Source: Eledone cirrhosa
Taxonomy: Eukaryota
Reading direction: 5' to 3'
Assembly: GCA_964016885.1 (NCBI GenBank)
Contig: OZ024741.1
Location: forward strand, 201,686,001-201,750,000
Length of the DNA: 64,000 nucleotides
The notes beneath the pieces were generated by a model, which did not search any database, had not been told where the DNA came from, and saw only the letters and a list, made by a program, of their open reading frames with translations. Numbering within the stretch: the stretch's first letter is position 1; each line of letters opens with the position of its first letter. Positions 23,706 through 36,504 of this stretch are shown piece after piece. The translations under genes were made by a program, and so were the position numbers.

Positions 23706-25089
23706 CAAAAAATAATAGAACATATTGTAAGTTCCAGTTTATAAATTATCCTTGTATCTACTTACAATATTCACTGAAAAATTCTTATCTGTGGTGTTAA
23801 AAATCATATTTGAAAATTTTGTCAAACACATTTTTATTTATTTAACTGTCTTTTAACTCTATATGAATAACCATATTTCTTGCCAAAGTATCCTACCAAA
23901 ACTGTATATTGCATGTCATAAAGGAGTTCTTAAAAGCTTCTTTAAAATTGAATATCAATTGTTCCCTCCTCCCTCCTGCTCTATATTTCAGTAATCCTTA
24001 TCTGTGATTTATCTTAATATGATAACTACAGCTGAATCTACAATATAGTATTTTCTTTTCTGTTTATCATAATACTTTACATATTCCGCCATTATTACAA
24101 ATCTGCATTTGTCTTGTTGGCAAATTTTCCTGCACTTCTATTTCATCCTATAATGCTATTGTTGCATGCTTTGTTGTTGTGCTATCACAACTGTTGGAGT
24201 AGTTTTTCTCTTGTATTTCATCTCTTTTTTTCTATTTCCTTCAAATTGCTGCACTACACCTTCTCTTGCAATCACTAATTCTACCATTTATCCACCTGGC
24301 TGTTGATGCTTAGGTAATGAAACTGTCTTAACTACTACCATCTATAATCAAATTCTTTTACTTACATGGTAAAAGATTTCAACATGTTGAATATGAGTGA
24401 GCTATTGAGGTTAGCGTCAGTATAGTTAACCCTTTTTTTTTTTACCATACTTTTAATGAAATACACTCTATTTCAATTAATGAAGAATTTTGAGGGATTT
24501 ACTAAAATCAATAATTATTTCTTTACTAAGTTCCAACAAAAATGTTCATTTATATACAGGTGTTAAGAGTTAACTCTATTTTCATATATATATATAAATT
24601 ATAAAACTAGAATAGGTAAACAAAATAACTAAACTCATACTTGGAATAAGCAATGTGGCATCATTCAGAATTTCTATTTATACCACATGTTGCTTTGATA
24701 GATGAGTAAAAGGAACTGATGATATAGGAACTTTGGACAGGCTAACTAAAAAAATTGATGACAGTGATATGCTTATGGTTGGTCATGTCAGGAAACACTA
24801 AGGCAGTTATACTGAGGATATGATACAAGAAGGGAAAGGAGGTGTCAATTCTCCTGGAGTGTTGCAAAACAAGTTTCAACACAAACCAACCAGCCAGATG
24901 TGTAAAGAACTAGATTGATTTTGCACTTGTCAGAAAAAAAGGCAGACATGTTTCTGAATATTCCTTCATTTATTTGGTAACCTTCATCTTAGATTAAAAA
25001 TTGAAAACAAAAAACAAATAGAAGTAAAATATAGAATTAAACCATCTTTCTGTTAACTGCCAGTCAGCACAAAGCAGATTCTTATTATA

Positions 25090-25440
25090 TCATCATCGCT
25101 CTCACTGCACATCTATTTTCTATGCTTGCATGGTTTAGATGGGCTTTCACATACTGAGGTTAGACTAGTCAGGTGAATGTCTTGCAAGCACAATCCTATT
25201 TTGGCTTGGTTTCTATGACTGGATGCTTTTCCTAATGCCAACAAATTTACAGCCAGTACTAGGAGCATTTTATTGTGACTTTGACACCAGCAACATCGTC
25301 TTACAAAGTGGGCTAGGTACTTTTTATGGCACAAGCACTACCAATGTACAGGATAGACTGGATGCTTTTCATTGTGGAACCAGTACTACAACCTTACAGG
25401 GTGTACTGGGTGATTTTGGTGAACTATGGCATTAACAACA
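25090..25440 (-). mobile_element. RTE-tail element with tandem ~48-bp units
   Basis: (cat)n tail, ggatgcttttcctaatgcc, repeated ttacag...gggtgc(t)tttt units. Confidence 0.65.
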
Positions 25441-25444
25441 TACT

Positions 25445-25612
25445 ATATGTCACTGGCCAGTCTAGTAGGGGACAGTGCTGTTGAGGAGAAGTGTGTTAGG
25501 AAATGATACATGCCACTGACCAGTTTAGTGAGGGGTACTATTGAGAAGTGTTAGGAAATAATTCTGGCTACTAACTAGTTTAATCAATTGAGAAGCGTTA
25601 GGAAATAACACT
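25445..25612. repeat. diverged tandem repeat, 3 units of about 50-65 bp
   Basis: cactg(g/a)ccagt...gagaagtgttaggaaat repeated. Confidence 0.7.
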
Positions 25613-26269
25613 TGTGTAGTTGTCCTTGGTAATATTGAAAAGAAAGAGGTCTGAAAGTGCTAAGATGCAAGGTTGTTAAATGTGAGTTAGCTATTGAGGT
25701 TAGCTTCAGTGTCATTAACCCTTTTGTGACCATATTTTACCAATAAAATACACTCTATTTCAATAAACTAATGAAGAAATTTGTGGGATTTACAAAAATT
25801 AATAATTATTTCTTTACCAAGATAGTAACTCAGCATATGGTTCTTATATAAAGTTATGATGAAAGATTTTAACTTAAATAGGAACTCTGTAAAACTGGTG
25901 GTTTTCTTTCATAGGACCAAGGCTGCTAACTTTATTGACATACTTCAAAAGGATGCAAGTCTGAAGACTATCAAAAATACAAACAGTGATGGTAGAGCAA
26001 GATCTCTGGCATGAGTTTGTTTCCCTGGTTCAACTAGAAGATTGGCTAAGATACAATGAGAATGATGCTCCCTTTTAATTCCAGTGATACTATCAGAAGA
26101 GGTTCCTAACTAATAATAAACTGATCACTTTTAGTTCTTGTAAACTGAAGAACAACGTCAACATGATATCCCTCCCCCTCACTATCTTGTCTGGTAGACA
26201 CTAGGAGAACTAGATATAGATGACTGATATACCAGAGCAATGCTAAGGTTTAGCTCTGAGGAATTTAGG

Positions 26270-26975
26270 GTGCTGGTAGATGATCACCAGGGCTCTGTCA
26301 TGCTTCTATTCAGGATAATTCTTGATGCTATAACACAAAACTTGGAGAATTGGTTGTCCTTGGAAGCTTAGATACTGACAACTTGGTCATCATAGTTGAA
26401 TATATCCAAGAGCTACAAATCTAACAAACAAAGGCCTAAAGATCAACATAGAAAAAAATGCTAGTTAATAACAGAGAGCACAAAATTCCAGTGCCATCTG
26501 GAAAATGGCCTTGTTCAAAATGTAAGAATGGTAGTACATTATATTCTCTCACAAATAGCAGAACCAGGGCTTAAAATGTAATGTGTTTATTGAAATAGAT
26601 GTAAGATGAACTCCATAAATTACTCCATAAATTACTCAGATGGTTCACTGATAGTTTGTTGCCTAGTTGTAGGAATAAGAATTAAAGATGGTTGTAGTGG
26701 CTAAAGCTGGAAGAGATTAAAACAAATTCAGCCAGAGTAAGGAAGAATGAAAACAAGCTTAAGATGTTTCGATGGCAACAAATAGTATATTTATTTACAC
26801 AAAATGCAGAGTGTAAGAAGGATATATAGAAGTGAAATGCTGCTAACTATTGATACATGACCATTAAATGTAGAAGATTTGCAGATATTAGAGAGAAATG
26901 AGGAGAATATGGTACAGTAAATGTGTAAATTTAACCTGCATAGAATTAGAGAGAGAGAATATGCTTTCATGAACA
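26270..26975 (+). mobile_element. highly decayed RTE family B RT fragment
   Basis: remnants of HQGSV, TQNLENW/CPW, PSGKWPCSKCKNG and LER..NMVQ motifs. Confidence 0.5.
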
Positions 26976-27730
26976 TTAACCTCAGATATTTGATCTAAAA
27001 GAGTAGTCCAACGTACAAATCAATAGTTACTGCATTGTTGAAAATGAAAGTTATGTGCTTGTGTACTCAGCTTTTGAAAGATTACATTCCATTCTGTAAT
27101 ATTGGTTTCAATCGTAGTTTCTGGAAATTCTTTCCAAATGTTATAGCAGAAAACTTTTTATCTACTATGTGAGTTTTGGCATCAGCTATTAAGGGTGTAT
27201 AGAGGTATGGAAGTGATACTAAAATGGCTGCATAGCTCTGAGTTCTACAGACCTGTGTGCATTTTATAGAGTACTGATATTACAACAACTTTTGTAGCTG
27301 TTATATATAGTAGAGAAATATTTTGCCCCTTCTAGTTGGCTGTCAATGGTTCACCAGAGTATCACAAATTTTATCATAGGCAGCTTGCATGTAAAATGTA
27401 ATTCAAGGTTTGATTGACTTCTTTTCATTGATCAAACAATTGATTCAGTTTGATGCCTTAAACCTTCGTGTTTTCTGCCCAGGTTTTCATTTTGACAGAT
27501 CTGTTTAACTCATAACATCCTGTAATGATTTAAAAGAAAGTATTTTTTTAAAATATGGCCTATTAATTTAAATGTTTATAGTAGTGGATAGATTACTGTG
27601 AAAATTTACAGTAAACTAAAGACTTCAATTTTTAATATGATGCAGTGTACTGTTTTGTACTTTCAAAAATGTCTTGCTAATGCAGTTTCTTGAAGTACAT
27701 ATCATTAAGAATTAAGCTGCTTACTGCAAG

Positions 27731-27787
27731 ATCACACTCATTTGCTAATCTTGCTGGTGCAAACAGCACGGGATCATTGGAATATAG
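27731..27787 (+). CDS. candidate linker exon (57 nt; in-frame alternative acceptor at 27686 gives 102 nt)
   Basis: ctgcaag|A TCA...TAT AG|gtatag; phase 2-2; SHSFANLAGANSTGSLEY, linker-like composition; weak polypyrimidine tract. Confidence 0.5.
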
Positions 27788-28789
27788 GTATAGCTCATTT
27801 TTACATGTTAGAATCAGATCATTATCATCATCGCCCCCACCACCATTACTGTTTAATGTATATTTTCCAGGTTTTCATGACTGTTATATACTGAGGCTTG
27901 ACTGGTCAAGTGGCTACATCTTACATGTACACTCTGTTTTTGGCTTGGTTTCTGTGGGTGGATGCTCTTCCTAATGCCAACAACTTTACTAGGAACATTT
28001 TATTGTGATTCAAGCACTACCTCCTTACAGGGCGAAATGAATACAAAACAAAATTGGGACAAATCTTAAGCTTTACGAAAGTAATATATTAAGGGGGACA
28101 TAATCGAAAGACTGGCTTCGTCTTTGGCCGATATTTCCAGTTAAGTACTACTTTTTAGATATCTTCGCAGATTCCTACATATCAAATTAGATTTCAACCT
28201 AGCACAGAATCTATTGTGCCAGACTTTGTGAATGGTTCCTTTGATGTATATAGCATATATTTCCTAACCTATTGTTCCATATCTAAGAAAGAATTATGAA
28301 GTCTGCTGTATCATGGTACCTTCAAGAAACGAGCTGGCTTTTCAGCAGGTAGCTTTGTTGTTGTTTATTGATTGCTGATTGTCCTAAATAAAGATTTCTA
28401 ATTTTGGCATAAAGTCAGCAGTTTTGGGGAAGGAACATATTGTTGGGAGAAGAAAAAAAAAAAAGGGAAAGGGGGATAGGATAACATGTAAAGTCAAATG
28501 TAAATAAAAAAGGAAGTCAGATGGAAAGTTGGAAAAGACTTTTGCCAAAGAGAGGTTGGAGAGGGGAGATAAGTGATATAAAAATGTTTGTGGGTAATGG
28601 CTAAATACTTATCTGGAGTTATTTAGTGTGCATGACATAAATTTTTTAAAGTTTGTATGTGTGCATACACAAGTATAAGCATACACTGCAAGTATATATA
28701 TATATAATGTGTGTGTATGTATATATGAATGTGTGTATGTAATATCTCTCTCTATGTATATATATATATATATAGAGAGAGAGAGATAG

Positions 28790-30055
28790 GGAAATATAAT
28801 GTGTGTTGGACTCTGCTAAGGTTGCATGTTGTCACCTCTCATGTTCATAATCTTCATGAACAGAATTGACTTGTGCAGTCATGTTGGAAGTGATAACAAA
28901 ACCGGTAGATTAGTCAACTGACATTTACTGACGACACAGTGCTACTTACTTTATTGGAAGATGAATGTCAACATACACTAGATAAGTTTGCAGCTGAGTG
29001 CTGTATGTCAGGAATGAAAATCAGTGCCGTAAAGACTGAGACATTTGTCCTCTCAAGATAACCTACACAGTTAGCTTTGCAAGTGAGTGAAGTTATACTG
29101 AAGCGAGTGGAGAGATTCAAGTATATTGGGGCCATTTTCACGAGGAATGGTAGGCAGGAGGCTGAATTAAATGGAAGAATTGCTAGAGCTGCTGCAAAAA
29201 TGTCCCAGCTTCAGCAGTCACTATCATAAATTTGGTGTTCATGCCTACTCTTACCTATAGTCCCACCAAAGGCACTGAGCTGACTAGCCGCAGGTGTGAG
29301 CCTCGAAAGATGGAATGGCTCTTCCAGCGCATCTCCCTTACCATCCTCCGGGGAAACGCCTTCTCCATTCTGTCCACCGGGGGCCGGCCAGCACATGGGA
29401 CCTCATTTACTCATAATTGTGAGAGATGGAGACGATGACAGTGGGAGTTCGGCTCTGCCATGTTCAGACCTGGTGTGCAGCATCAGTTGTCCGTAGAGAG
29501 GTAGTGGTTTGTACTTAGTGAAGGTTTTTAACCTTGTGTGTGTGCAATTAAATTCCCTTACCCATTTATATTATTGATTTCTTACAATATGCGCAGGGTA
29601 GATATATTTGGAGCTAAGAAGATATAATAAATCACATCTAGTCCGATAATTCTGTACAGCACAACTAGGACGAAAGGTACACATTATTTCAAAGGTATAG
29701 AGCGTCATGAATCTTGTGTAATGATAGGAAGAATATGATTACAAATACAAGTGGCCAAAATGAGGTTTCTTCAAAGTTTCTTTTGAGTAATGTTACTTAA
29801 TAGGGTGCATAGCTCATCACAGTTCTACTACAGACATGTGGTTAGAATATCTAAGGAAAGAATCGTTGGACAGATTTTACAGGCAAAGCCAACCATCAGG
29901 AGATCCAGAAGTAGACCATGAGCAAGATGGTTAGATATCATCCATAAGCTTGATTGTCTAACTTAGGGACGGTTGCTTCTGATAAGAGCCTCTGGAAGGT
30001 ATATTTGAGAACTCTGATTCCACACCCTTTCAATAGTAAGTGGGTAAAGAAGACT
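28790..30055 (+). mobile_element. RTE family A 3' fragment interrupted by a CRE-like RLE 3' fragment (about 29265-29760)
   Basis: GMKISAVKTETFVLSR, FKYIGA, VFMPTLTY, then insert WLFQRISLTILRGNAFSIL, then RTE resumes to the gaaga tail. Confidence 0.75.
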
Positions 30056-30294
30056 AGCAAGAAATAGATAGGCTTTGATGTTGAGTTTTGGGTTATCTCA
30101 TACATATGTTGTGTTCTTTTTGAGGTAAGGGGTTTGTGTGTTGTGGGGCTTATGCAAGTACATAATAGTGTTACTCTGTGTATGTTTGTTTGTGTGTGTA
30201 AAAAGGTGTCCTGTGGTTACATGAGCAAAGAGTACATTATATTCATATACATTTATGTGTATATATATATATATATGTATACACACACACACAT

Positions 30295-30700
30295 CATTAT
30301 CGTTTAACATCCATTTTCCACGCTAGCATGGTTAGATTGGTTGTCCCATTTGAAGCATGTTGGATCAGGTGACTGTCTTTTGCTCATACAGAACTGCTAC
30401 TGGCTTGGTTCCTATGGTTGATTGCCCTTCCTAATGCTAACCACATTTACAGTGTGTGCTGGGTGCTTTTTGTGGTGACTCCTACATGACCACTTTACAG
30501 TGTGGGCTGGGTGGTTTTTGTTGTGACTCCTACACGACCATTTTACAGGGAGGGCTGGGTGCTTTTTGTCGTGACTGCTACACGTTATACAGCTGTTGTC
30601 CTTCATACGCATCACATGACCATACCAATGCATTCTCATATCTTGTATATTGCATCTGATCCCTCTTATGCTTTGCCGAAAATTAGGTATCCACCATGTT
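30295..30700 (-). mobile_element. RTE family B 3' end with tandem ~48-bp units
   Basis: HWYGHVMRMKDNSCIT, then 3 repeats and the aggaagggcaacc / tail motif. Confidence 0.75.
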
Positions 30701-30722
30701 AAGAGTGAAAACAAATTTTGTT

Positions 30723-30766
<44 letters not shown>

Positions 30767-30916
30767 TCAGAGTATGTGTTAGATTATCACTGACACTTCT
30801 GTATGCTGGGTAGAGCACTCGACGAAGTATCCAAGTGAATCTGTTTACTCCAGAATATATTTATAAACATGAAGTACAAGTCAACAGGTTATAATTCCCT
30901 TCATTTATTCATAATC

Positions 30917-30975
30917 GCTGTTATATATTGTTCAGTGATAACCATTATGCAACAGTTATGACCTCATCAGACAGC
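30917..30975 (-). ncRNA. near-intact minimal type I hammerhead ribozyme (Penelope pLTR type)
   Basis: minus strand GCTGT-CTGATGA-[GGTCATAACTGTT gcat AATGGTTATCACT]-GAAC-AATAT-ATA-ACAGC, followed by AATAAA; GAAA box altered to GAAC. Confidence 0.65.
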
Positions 30976-31599
30976 TAGAAGTTGAACAGAAATTCATAAA
31001 GAAGAAATAAAGCTTACTTCTGTTTCAATTCATTGATATGCTCTGGGCTGATATTTGGTATTGGTCTCTCAAAGCACCAGTAACATATGACTTAGAATAA
31101 ACAGTCCCACAGCCTCAGTAAAAGGGGTATATAAAAGCACCAATCTATTGGTCAGAGTTAGCTTCACTACATCATCATCAAATCTATTGAATTCCTTAGT
31201 GATGCCATTGTCAGACTTGATTTCAACTTTTTCTGAAATCAGGTCAGTCAGGGACTGCCCTTGTATGTATTTTGCTGTACTAATTGGGATTAGTTTCAGT
31301 CGCAACAATAACCAATGATTCCTTATTTTGTTAGGAGTGGCAGTTGGCCCCAGTGACCATGGTAGTAGTAGTGGCAATAGTGATAATATAATATTAATAA
31401 TAATAATAAAAGAATGTATTAAACTTATAATCTAAAATTTTGTATGTATCACTTGAAGCTGTATTGGAATGTTACACACATATATATATATATGTATGTC
31501 CTTTAGAAGAATGAAAATAACATGTGCATGCTAATCTATATTAACAATGGCGCTTGTAATTTACTTCTCACAGTTAGTGTTGACATATATGAATTAAAT

Positions 31600-32560
31600 A
31601 AAGGTAAAGTAAAAATGAGGTTGGAGATAGATGGCCATCCATTATGTAAACAAGGAATATGTCACATCACACGCGTAAAATAAATGGTACAGAAGTAGAA
31701 ACAAAGGGCAAAGAAGAAAAATGATAGCAAAAAAACTGGAGAGCAAAAATGTGGGATGTGAGGAAAGTCCCACGATTGGACTCTGCCAATGCATAATATG
31801 TCTCACAAAGTTGATAGTGGTACAGAGATATAAAATACGCCAAAAAACATAATACAGTTATATTAGCAATTGAGGAAGTGAGGAAAAGGAGAAATACAAG
31901 GAAATGCAAGGCATGAGTCCTACCATGATTAGTTAGTGTGACCATAGGATACGTTTATAGATTAATGGAAACAAAGTAAAATAGGAACAGTAGGTGGGGG
32001 TGGTACATCTGGGACCTCTATGTGGCAGGGTTTCTAGCTATATGACTTGAGGAAAGTTCCCATCCTTAGGTGTCGACGAATACCAAAAAAATTGGTTCTA
32101 CGATTAATTATTTTAATTCCAAGTATCTCAAGGGTATCACTCAGACAGCGGCTGCAAATGCCAGATCCACCTCCGTCTGGGGGTATCTCCCTAACCTTGG
32201 ACCAGACCAAAAAGTATGGGATCTTGTCCAACTTGAGCTTCCAGATCATTTCGAAAAGGACCATGCTTTTCCATTTATCGATCCTGTTAAAGGAGTGGTG
32301 GTGAGGTTATCACCTGTCCTTGAAGCTCATTGACATTGCTCCTATGTATATATGTTGAGTTGGGGGTAGTAACCCTGCACTGGTAAACTAGATTTTTCAC
32401 CAGGCATTTGTTGTTAAGTGGGCACAAGACAAGGTTTCTGCTGTTACATGATGTGGTTGACACCTGTGTATTTACTGCAGGGTGTTCGGAGGTTAGGCTG
32501 GAGTGGCCGGTCCCCGTGACTTGCATAGTGTTCCTAAGTAAAAGGACCGTGACAAGTGGA
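31600..32560 (-). mobile_element. Penelope-like element 3' part (GIY-YIG endonuclease)
   Basis: SCNSR...CPLNNKCLVKNLVYQCRVT...TYI and IWKLK...CSRCLSDTLEIL...NRRTNFFGIRRH. Confidence 0.85.
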
Positions 32561-35330
32561 GAGATGCTGTGCCGGCCTTTCGTACGCAGGGAGAAACCCT
32601 TCTTCGTCAGCAGAGGAAGCAGCTCTCTAAACTTCTTCCAACCCGTCCTTATTCTAGATACTATGGCCTCGGAACACCCCCTCCCATGCTAATCTGATCT
32701 CCTAGGTACCGGAAGCTATCCACCACTTCTATAGCACACCCGCCTGCATTTGAAAAATGTGTCTATCAATGCGACTTCTACTGTCTAATTTCCCTGTACA
32801 TCTACTGCATACATATTTCTCCCTACCTGTTAGTTTGCCTGCTATCCCGCTACATCTCTTGTGTACCCAGGATCTGCATTGTGTGCACTTTATAGAATTT
32901 ATGCCAGTTCCTTTTCTGCATATCGAACATGGCCATTTCCCTGACGGAATCAGAGTTTTGTCCTCTTTTCTACTCCTCAACACTTTTGTCTTAGCTAGGT
33001 TCACTTTCAGTCCTCTTGCTTCTAACTGCTGTTTCCGTAGCCAGAATTTATTCTCTAGCTCCTCTACTGATTCTGCTATAAGAACCAGATCGTCAGCATA
33101 GAGAAGTTCCCATGGACAGCCAGTCTTAAACTCCTCTGTTATGGCTTGGAGGACTATAATGCTGAGGACCGAACCTTGATGTACTCCTACTTGTATCTGG
33201 AATTCCTCACTAAACTCCATTCCTACCCTGACTTTACTGACAGTACCTCTGTACAAAGTTTGCACTGTCCTCACAAGCCATTCCTCAACACCTAGTTTCC
33301 TTAGGGACCACCAGATGACAGATCGGGGTACCCTATCAAAGGCCTTCTCTAGGTCAACAAAGGCTAAGTATAGTGGCTTACTTTTCTCTAAGAACCTCTC
33401 TTGCAATTGTCTCACCAAGAAGAGGGCATCTGTTGTACTCTTCCCAGGCACAAAACCAAACTGCATCTCATCCAGTTTGACCCTTTCTCTAATATCCTTT
33501 CTGCCACTTTCATAACCTGATCCATCAGTTTTATACCCCTATAATTGCTCTTCTCCAGAGCATCCCCTTTACCTTTGTAGCAATTTATGAGAATACTGCT
33601 GCACCAGTCTTTGGGTTTGACACCACCATATATAGCCTGATTGATGATGCGTGCATCCAGTTTAGTGCCTACGTCCCCTGATGCCTTCAGCATCTCAGCA
33701 ACTATTCCCGTTGGTCCAGCAGCCTTACCATTTTTCATTTCCTTAATCGCCTCTTGGACCCTATATTCGTCAATCTCAATAGCTGGTCCCACTGTCTGAG
33801 GGTAATTTCTCTCTCTCCCATTCGTTCTCCACATTCATCAGTCTCTCATAATGCCATTTCCAGGCCCCCTTTTTCTGATAATTTGTGACACTAAGTACAC
33901 CGGCATCATTCGGGACACACTTATCTCCAACAACATCCTGATTTGCATTGACACACTGCCTTGCAATGTGTAACACCGCACGCCTCTGATCTTCCCGTCG
34001 CAGAACATTGGCAAACCTCCTACTCTCAGCCTCCCTGCGTGCTAAGTACACCTGACGTCTAGTTTCTCTCTTAGCGGCTGTATATTCTTCCCTATTCCTA
34101 CCCTTTTTCCAAGCCTTCCATGCTAGTCTTTTGTCTCTAATGGGCCTATCTACTGTGCTGTTCCACCACCAAGTCACTCTCTGTCTGGTTGGAGCTCTGC
34201 TCCAGCCACAAGTTTCATCAGTAGCCTGCAGTAAGTTGTCACTTAAGAAATTCCAGTTATTATCTATGTCATACGTCTCTAAATCGTCTTCTTTTTCGTC
34301 ATACACATCTTGAAGGGCTTTCCTAAATTTGTATTTTAGTGAAAGGTCTTTTAGGTTCCAGACCTTTCTTCTCCACACCTTCCTCTATGTCTCATTCCAT
34401 CTCTTGCTGAGATATCACTAATGACTAACCTATGCTGTGGGGTACATTCTTCCCCAGGGTATGCCTTGGTATTAGACACTATCTGCCTCTCCCGCTGCCT
34501 AACTAGCAAGAAGTCAATCTGGCTTATGTGCTTGCCAGATTTGTAGGTCATTAGGTGATTGGCAGGTTTCTGGAAGTTTGTGTTGCAAATAGTCAGTGTA
34601 CTTACATCACAAAATTCAAGAAGTCTCCTTCTTCATTTCTTGAGCCGTAACCGTTCCCACCATGTACCCCCGTGTAACCATCCTGGAGCTGTCCAACATG
34701 ACCATTGAAGTCTCCTGCTAGCATAACGATGTCTCCGTCCTCTGTCATTGCGGTTGTTTGTTTAAAAGCAGTCTTTCTCATCTTTGCCTAGGCCTGCTTG
34801 GGGAGCATAGACAGAGATGATTGTCAGTAGTCTCCTGCCTACAACTAATCTAAGCTTAATTATTCGATTACTAACTCGAACTACCTCTATTGTCTTATTG
34901 ATCCATCTCTCAGCCAGGAAAATGCCTATTCCCCCTAACCCATCATCCTTACCTACCCAGAAAAGCTTATAGCTAAGATATTTGCCTACGACTAGTCTCA
35001 CAGAGGCACCTCTCCATCTCACCTCTTGCACGCAGCACACATCCACATGCCTTCTCTCCAGTATCTCCGCTATTTCAGCAGATCTACCTCTGAGAGTGCC
35101 AACATTAAGTGTGGCAACTCTGAGATGCGACGTCTTCATATTTTGTTGTTGTTCCTATCTATTTGTTGCTATGCTGATAAGCGTTTTGGCATTGATACAC
35201 TGGTTGGATGCCCTTCCTAACACCAGTGCCACTTTACAGCATGGACTGGGTGTTTTTATTTGTGCCACCAGCACTAGAGAGGATGTCTTACTAGACTCAA
35301 GGGCCCTCTCTACCCCTCCATTTTACAGCA
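32560..35330 (-). mobile_element. RTE LINE family B, APE + RT + PHD finger, frameshifted, 3' end lost
   Basis: MKTSHLRVATLNVGTLRG...VQEVRW (APE), QIDFLLV, VDLEKAFDRV, HQGSVL, LYADD, then C4HC3 finger. Confidence 0.93.
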
Positions 35331-35531
35331 TGGTCATAAGAATATTTCTTTTGGCTGTATTCCATCCCTTTATCTGTTGAAAATGTTACTATACCCAGCT
35401 GTTCCTCAATCATCATCATCATCATCATCATATGTCTGCTTTTCCCTGCTTGCAAGGGTTGGACTAATCATTGTAAATATTTCTTGCATAAATCTTTAGA
35501 TTGTCCACAAATAAATTATGGGTTTGTGGAA

Positions 35532-35787
35532 GTGTTGGTGTCATAATAAAATGCACTGTAAAGTGGTAATGCTGGTGTCACAATAAAATTCACCCAACAC
35601 ACTCTGCAATGTGGTAGTGCTGGTGCCATAATAAAATGCACCTAGAACACACAGTAAAGTGGTAATGTTGGTGCCACAATAAAAAGCACCCAGTCTACCC
35701 TGTCAGGTGTGATACCATAAGAAAACAAACCCAGTACACACCATGAAGTGGTTGTCATTAGGAAGAGCATCCACCCATAGAAACCAT
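35532..35787 (+). repeat. tandem array of five ~48-bp RTE-UTR units ending in aggaagagcatcc
   Basis: consensus gtgctggtgccacaataaaa(a/t)gcacccagtacacactgtaaagtggta. Confidence 0.85.
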
Positions 35788-36003
35788 GTTAGTAACTTTC
35801 TGTAAAACATCATCATCTTGTACCAGCACCCAATTATTAAGTCTTTTTTGGCTGTCTTCCTGATATGCAGCTTTAGTGAAAGTTTCAAAGTTAATTCTAT
35901 AAAGTTTTGCTGTTGATGTAGATTCATTTTGTTCATTGTAGTATTTACTTTACAATAATTGAATTTTTACCAGCATTTTGAGTTTGTGTTTCAAAGTTAT
36001 TAA

Positions 36004-36220
36004 CTCTTTCAATACCAGCAGCCTACCTAAAACTACTTCTGGCTCTGTAAATTAAAGTGTTTATATCGGAATTAAAACATCCCATCATAATTTTATGTAC
36101 AAACTTTATTGTCATGCTCTTAACACCAACACAATGAAAAAGTTATTTTACTTAATCCCTCCAAATTCTCGATTATTTTCAAAATTAATTAAAATTATGA
36201 GAAATATGGTCACAAAAGGG
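36004..36220. mobile_element. TTAA-type MITE (same family as 6842-8207)
   Basis: ttaa|ctctttcaatacca ... tggtcacaaaaggg|ttgc; degenerate TIRs. Confidence 0.6.
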
Positions 36221-36504
36221 TTGCATGTAATATGTCCATGCATTTCATAAATTTTTTTTTTTTATAAAAGGTAGTGTACTGTGAGCTTATTTCATTACCA
36301 CTTGCTTTTGCACAGATATGTTCTAGGTGCTCATTCTGGGTGATAACAGCTGTATGGAAGGAAATACATATGGATAGTCCAAAACGTTTTATCACATATT
36401 TTCATATGTGATATCATCAATAACATTTAGCATAAGAGTAGTTTTTTTATACTCACTTCAAAAATATGTGTATATGTATGTATACATATGTATTTATATA
36501 CAAT

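Noticed and set aside
24702-24800. Possible MAP4K exon after tttgatag (VKGTDDIGTLDRLTKK...)
   Set aside because: The in-phase reading starts with TGA, there is no good donor, and the GHVR and EGK remnants look like a decayed LINE C-terminus
30100-30130. Recursive splice site ttctttttgag|gtaagg
   Set aside because: GAG acceptors are rare and there is no other support
35532-35787. CRISPR-like repeat array
   Set aside because: Units are tandem without unique spacers, there are no cas genes, and the unit is part of RTE/SINE UTRs in a eukaryotic intron
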